Shown here one piece after another: positions 8,700-13,581 of a DNA stretch of 13,581 nt. The DNA lies in the NCBI GenBank assembly GCA_051294375.1, contig JBJCIZ010001074.1, forward strand, positions 1-13,581. Reading direction: 5' to 3'. Every line of letters begins with the position of its first letter. The stretch's first letter is position 1. The DNA is from Paraspadella gotoi. Its lineage: Eukaryota; Animalia; Chaetognatha. The notes below the pieces were generated by a model that was not told where the DNA came from, searched no databases, and saw only the letters and a program-made list of their open reading frames with translations. The translations under genes were made by a program, and so were the position numbers.

Positions 8700-9350
8700 T
8701 ATGCCGAGAAAAGTCGAGTGATGGTACGCCCCAGTACACATTTTGCCCTGTTCACTACTAAACCATTTGCTTGCAGGTGTCAAACAGTAGTGTGAGATCT
8801 TGATGTGTTCTTCTTCCATTGCTTGAGGCGACCAGGATTGTCATCGCAGATTACAAAGATGTATCTTTTGAGGGCTTCGTCCATCATCCTTTTGAAAATC
8901 GGCGACCTGCATTCTTGAGGCCAAATGGGTTCGTGAACGGGGAATTCCCACGAGCCAAAAGGATTTATTTGGACGGCTTGTTTTTGCAAATATCCTGCCT
9001 CTGCTACACGTACTTGATGGTGCCTTTTACAAAAGCGTCTACTTTTGAAAAATTGTTTTTGCCTGCGACAGGCATTGAAAAAAAATTTTCCATCCAAATT
9101 TGGATGGGTAGCGGTTGTCTTTTGTGACTGCGTTGAGGCGCCCTTGTAGTCGCCGCAACATCCTGAGTGAAGCCGTCTGGTTTTTCACCACATGTCCAGT
9201 GGTGATGCCCAAGCACTCTTGGCTCTTTCCTTATAATGCCCAGCTTCTCCATTTTTGCAAATTTCTTTCTTTGGCTGCTTTGAGTTTGTCAGGGCGCATA
9301 GTCGGCGGTGCTTTGGGAATGGACAGGCGGACCCTCGGTTGAATGTGCGT
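8700..9350 (-). pseudogene. pol: Reverse transcriptase domain of pol
   Basis: MEKLGIIR, SAWASPLDM, FSKVD..KG, PFGLKNAG..FKRMMD and the catalytic (Y)CDDILVAS at ~8825-8852, spread over several ORF fragments. Confidence 0.93.
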
Positions 9351-9539
9351 GTTTTACACATGCTGGTCTTTCGAAGGGTCAAATCTGAGTTGTGTGAGTT
9401 CTGGGCGTTCGTCAATTCAATTTGAAATAGGCATTATTGACTGTATTGACTCTGAAAGCCTGTCCAGATAAATTTGCTGTGATGTTGAAAAAATCGTCAA
9501 GATCGACGAGTAGGCCGAGCTTGTGGGGTCGGCGGCTTA

Positions 9540-9800
9540 AATGATGCTCCATCAGGAAAAATCAGCTCCAAGGATAGGGGTTCGTTAACGGTCAGCAAGT
9601 ACGGTTGTTAGTGTGATGTGCGTCTTCCTAGTCTGATAGTGATTTGCTTTGTGCCAGTAGGAAGAGATTGAAGACCCGTTTTGCAGCCATGGAAGTTGAG
9701 CGCGCGGAGCCACCGCCGGAGTGTTTCTGCATGGGAGAAGGTGCCATCAAAGTGACGCTTGCACCACCGGTCCACAAGCCATTCATATTAGTTGCATGTT
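9540..9800 (-). pseudogene. pol: Aspartic protease domain of pol
   Basis: EWLVD-(x)-GASVTLMAP active-site motif at ~9741-9785 and PILGADF at ~9558-9578, with indels. Confidence 0.85.
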
Positions 9801-9869
9801 GCATTACACGTGCAGTAAGGGTTCTATACTACCAGAAAGCGGGCGTTTACTGCCTCCGGCTGGCTGGCT

Positions 9870-11364
9870 CGGCCGTTTCCCCGCTTGCATCCTGGGTTAG
9901 CATTTGAATCTCGTCTCCAAATGTCCTGTGATAGAACAGAAGTCGTTGCACGAGGTCAGCCGAGAGGAGTTAAAAGGCATTTGAGGCTGACGTCGATGGT
10001 TGAATGTGGGGTGTTTGTTGGGGAAACGACGCTGCTGATTGTGCTTGTTCTTCCGGTAGTTAGGGCGTGCTGGCTGCCCTGTGGGCGCAGTTGGCCACGC
10101 GCGCGAGGTCGCGGCACACACATTGGCGTACGTGCGTGGAGCCTTATCTTTCTGTGGAAGATGTATCATCCGCCAATTCGGGCGCATAATCCGTCTGTCT
10201 CCGAGCCAATAAAAGGTCGTCCTCGAAGATGCCCCATCTGTTGAGGTGTCGACGTTAATTGACGACTTTTCCAACTGGTTTTGAGACGATCTGAAGATCG
10301 CCTTTGGGCGGAATTAAAATGCGTCGGCTTTGGACGATCGCCTCGGCGTCTCGTCCCCGTCCACTAACTACCCCTTCCAAGCCAACGATGGGCCAGCTGA
10401 GGACCTCGGCAAGGATCGCGTTGCAGAGTGCGTCGATCTTGAGGGATTCGACCTCTGCACGCAGTGCGGCCACAAACTCGATGGAGTGCGTCCTTGGAGG
10501 GAGTGATGTGCCTTGGAGCCTTTGCGCCTTTTGCCGGGGCTTTTCGAGCCAAACAATCGTTTAAGCTGTTTTTTCAGAGTTTAGGTAACAAAGCGGACAA
10601 ACAGGAGATTGAATTCATCAGATATAAAAGAAACCTCTGATCAGTACCTGATGCTCCTGGCGGAATCGCACTGAAGAAGTACAGCTTTTTAGTTGTTCGT
10701 CATGAACTGAAGCGAGGCGGAAACTCCCCTCGGACTGCAGCAGCCAGAGGTCGCGGATGTTTGCTGACATCGAAAAGGCGGCATACTTTTGGGCGTCTTC
10801 GAACGGCTGGTGGCTTGCGTCTCCAGATCCATCGGGTTTGCGTGCAGAGGAGCCTCCCCATCGCGCTGACGTTCTCCTGGAGGAGCTTGAACCTGCATTA
10901 ATGACACATACATTGGCCCAATGCGTGTAGTGACGCTGAGCTTCACTTAGCTTTTGGATTTCTCTCGTGATGGTGTTGGATAGAGGCTTATGATGTTTTC
11001 AATTTACTCTGCTTGTTTTGCTTCCACATCCTTGATCCGGTTGCTGAACGACCATCAATAACCCGCTTGATGACCTGTGCGGTCGCACTTGATCGACATA
11101 TGGTCGAGGGGTGTGGCCATGGCTTTGGGCCCTGGTCTGTCGGGTCGCCGCGCTTGTGTCTGAAAAAGCTGCGTTGTCGAAACTGCTCTTGTGATGGTGG
11201 CTGCTGATGAAACCGGGTCGGCTGGTGGAGATGGCTGATAGTGGGGGTGGTGGGGAGTGGCGTCCTCCATACGGCGTCGCTTGAGGTTCCTGCAGAAGGT
11301 GAGGTCGAGGCGCGGCGTCCTCACGTCCGGCAAGAGGCTTCCCATGTCCAACAGGTGTTTCCAT
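9870..11364 (-). pseudogene. gag: gag, frameshifted in this assembly
   Basis: Motifs stitched across frames: MPPF...DLWLLQSEGSFRLASVHDEQLK..LYFFSAIP (~10660-10790), LQGRTPS..AALRAEVESL (~10440-10505), and a C-x2-H-x9-C-x3-C knuckle C.YHRTFGDE.FKC.PGC (~9885-9940). The start is uncertain (ATG 11364 or 11345). Confidence 0.8.
9875..9881 (-). promoter_or_regulatory. Candidate -1 ribosomal frameshift heptamer G GGA AAC at the gag-pol junction
   Basis: Minus strand ...TGCAAGCGGGGAAACGGCC..., immediately after the gag zinc knuckle and ~95 nt before the protease active site. It fits X XXY YYZ. Confidence 0.65.
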
Positions 11365-12078
11365 GACGTTTGTGGAGAATGTTGGCTAAAAATTTGGGCT
11401 GTAAAAAAAATACTAATTCTGCGCCGAACAGAAAAGTTCAAAAATTTTTCAATCTTTTTAATCAAGGGAAAAAATCCGAAAGAAAAAATTTTCGCCGTAA
11501 TCGTTTACTAGAATTAGAGCTTAGCAAAATTCTCTGATGAGAATTTGTTTAATACGGGCGCCGGTAAATGAAAAAACGCGTTGGCGAGGACCGTTTTTTT
11601 ACATTACCGTAAGTTAAGTTTAATGAAAGTTTATTTTAAACTTTAGAGCTAATTTTAAAATTCCGAATAAAAAAGGATAAAAGTCGATTAGGGTTAGTAA
11701 TCCGAATTCAAAACAAATACAAAATCGTATGAATACGCCTATTAAAAAAGAATTAATTCTTTGAGCTTTGATGCAGGTAATCCGGGTACGTGATGCCAAA
11801 ATGTTGGACGTTGGAAAAAAACGGAAACGGCAGGCACGAACGCGACTGAGAAAAAATAGGAAATGCCGAAAATCGTTCAATTTATTAAGTTTTAAAAATT
11901 TTGAAGAAAAATGCATTGATCGCGAAATAGGCCGTGCGAAACTGAGTGAATCTTTTTCACTAATAAACCGCTATTTAAATGACTGATGCAATAAAAGTAA
12001 TTCGATCAATCAACCTTATCAATCAAATCATAAATCAATCCAAAAAAAAATGATTTCAGAAGGTTACTTATCTTTTTA

Positions 12079-12092
12079 GTCGGTATCAACCA
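12079..12092 (-). promoter_or_regulatory. Primer binding site, tRNA-Trp-like
   Basis: Minus strand after the LTR CA and a 2-nt spacer (AT) reads TGGTTGATACCGAC. The complement of the eukaryotic tRNA-Trp 3' end is TGGTGACCCCGAC, so there is 1 insertion and 2 mismatches. The position is solid; the tRNA identity is inferred. Confidence 0.65.
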
Positions 12093-12094
12093 AT

Positions 12095-12377
12095 TGTAGA
12101 AAGACGAAAATGTAAATAATAAATATGAAGAGAGAGTGAAAGAATTGTGACGTTGTAAGAGAAGTAGAATAAGTGAGGTCTAGCTCTCTCCTGATCACTT
12201 TTATTCAATCGGCCCGGACCAAACTTGACCTTTTACGTCGGCCTCGCCATTATGTTGTCCGGTCAAATCTAAGGTCATGCCAAGCTAGGGCAAAGTGACC
12301 GTGTGGAATAGACCGTCTCGAAGAAAGAGGAGAGAGGGAAGGGTTTAGAGAGAGAGATCTGTGGTAAGTCGCCTTCA
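12095..12377 (-). repeat. 5' LTR (~283 bp)
   Basis: On + it starts tgtagaaagacgaaaatgtaaataataaatatgaagagagagtg and ends gtaagtcgccttca. On the minus strand it is followed by the PBS. Confidence 0.95.
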
Positions 12378-12783
12378 TTTGTTTGTGTAAACATAAAAAC
12401 TTTGTCTTTCTCTTAAACAAATTCTTTATTTATATCTTACACTTAATATATATTATATATATTCTATATTATAATAATGTATTCATATATTGTATATATA
12501 TACTGTACTGTATCTCCCTACTCTCTGTATTGTAGGCATAAGCACTTCAAATGTTAAGTTTTATTCTTTTAACTGCTTGCATTCTAAAAATTGTAACTTT
12601 TTCTAGGAAGGTTTATTTAATACTACTCCGTTATTTTTCCCTTACCTCCGGTTATTTATTTACCTATTAATCCGTGTTATATACAGATGCACCTGTTTTA
12701 CAAAATAAATAACTTTATTTTATTCAAGTTTTAAATCATTGGTGGTAGCAAATTATTTATATATATATATTATTAAACAATAG

Positions 12784-13092
12784 TTATGACGTTATGACGT
12801 AATGATCTAAAGGACTAAACATGACTTAAACATGACTAAAAGACTAAACATGACTAAACAGAAAATGAACATAATGACATGAATGGTTGTACCAATTTCA
12901 TAAATGACGTAAAAATGACGTAAATGACATTATGATGTAATGACTAAAGGATTAACATGACTTTAACATTACCAGACAAATAGCATTGGACATTAAAGAC
13001 TTAAAAACGATATAAAATGACGCTTTAAAAAAGTAATGACATAATTGATGTAATGACTTAAACGTGACTAAAATGGACATATTGACTAAAAA
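12784..13092 (+). repeat. Degenerate minisatellite of ATGAC-core units (atgacgt / atgactaaac)
   Basis: Repeated atgacgtt, atgacgta, atgactaaac, atgacttaaac, atgacatt and atgtaatgact. Confidence 0.85.
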
Positions 13093-13581
13093 ATCAAGGT
13101 TTAAAGTTTAAATTAAGGTTAAGGTTAATTTTTATTTTAGATAATGTTTTAAGTTTTTAAGTTTAGTGTTAAAGTCATGGTTTGTGGCAAAAGGCCAATT
13201 TAATTATTTAATTATTTAATTATGTTTAATTAGTGTAAAAAAGACTGATTCTATTTTTTTTCTTCTTTTTTTTAATAGTGATCCTATTATGGTTACTGAT
13301 TCTATACATTTTTTATATTTTATATTGACGACCTTAATTTTAATATATATATATTTTTAACGACAATGACCAATGACACAATAAAAGTCAAAAACATATA
13401 GGAGCTAAAAATTGGCGTTTTTTAAATTTATTTTGTTTTATTTATTTATGTATTATTTATTATTTTTTTTAATGAAATATTGACTAACCAATACAAAAAC
13501 AATACACAATAACACTAATACCCTCATCTTATTCATCTTGATATCAAATTTAAAAACTTTTAGCTAATCTCTCTCTTTTTT

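Larger units (their letters stand above)
5609..12377 (-). mobile_element. Full-length Ty3/Gypsy LTR retrotransposon, CsRn1-like lineage
   Basis: Direct terminal repeats 5609-5899 and 12095-12377, each TG...CA. Identical TTTGT flanks at 5604-5608 and 12378-12382. PBS and PPT are in the minus orientation. Domain order gag-PR-RT-RH-IN is Gypsy-type. CHCC gag knuckle, tRNA-Trp-like PBS and GGGAAAC junction point to CsRn1. Confidence 0.95.

Noticed and set aside
6913-11986. Plus-strand ORFs antisense to gag/pol, including the hydrophobic 6913-7170 ORF
   Set aside because: Expected shadows of GC-richer coding sequence on the other strand; short and without independent support.

Overview
AT-rich eukaryotic (probably invertebrate) repeat region with no recognisable host gene. 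The main feature is a full-length Ty3/Gypsy LTR retrotransposon on the minus strand (5609-12377). It has two ~285-290 bp TG...CA LTRs, a 5-bp TTTGT target-site duplication, a tRNA-Trp-like PBS and a PPT. Its coding region is gag (CHCC knuckle), a GGGAAAC slippery site, then PR-RT-RNaseH-IN with a GPY motif and an AT-hook-like tail, which points to the CsRn1 lineage. The reading frames are broken by many 1-nt indels that look like uncorrected long-read error, and a 25-N gap with a noisy duplication supports this. The left 5.6 kb is a mosaic of interleaved repeats: a Helentron/HINE(DINE-1)-like element with ~110-bp subrepeats, a MITE/foldback-like family, two inverted ~240-bp copies of a Penelope-like end carrying minimal hammerhead-ribozyme cores, and a possible degenerate mini-LTR element. 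The right flank holds an ATGAC-based minisatellite. I see no firm evidence of a wholly new biological system; the best leads are structural features of the mobile elements.
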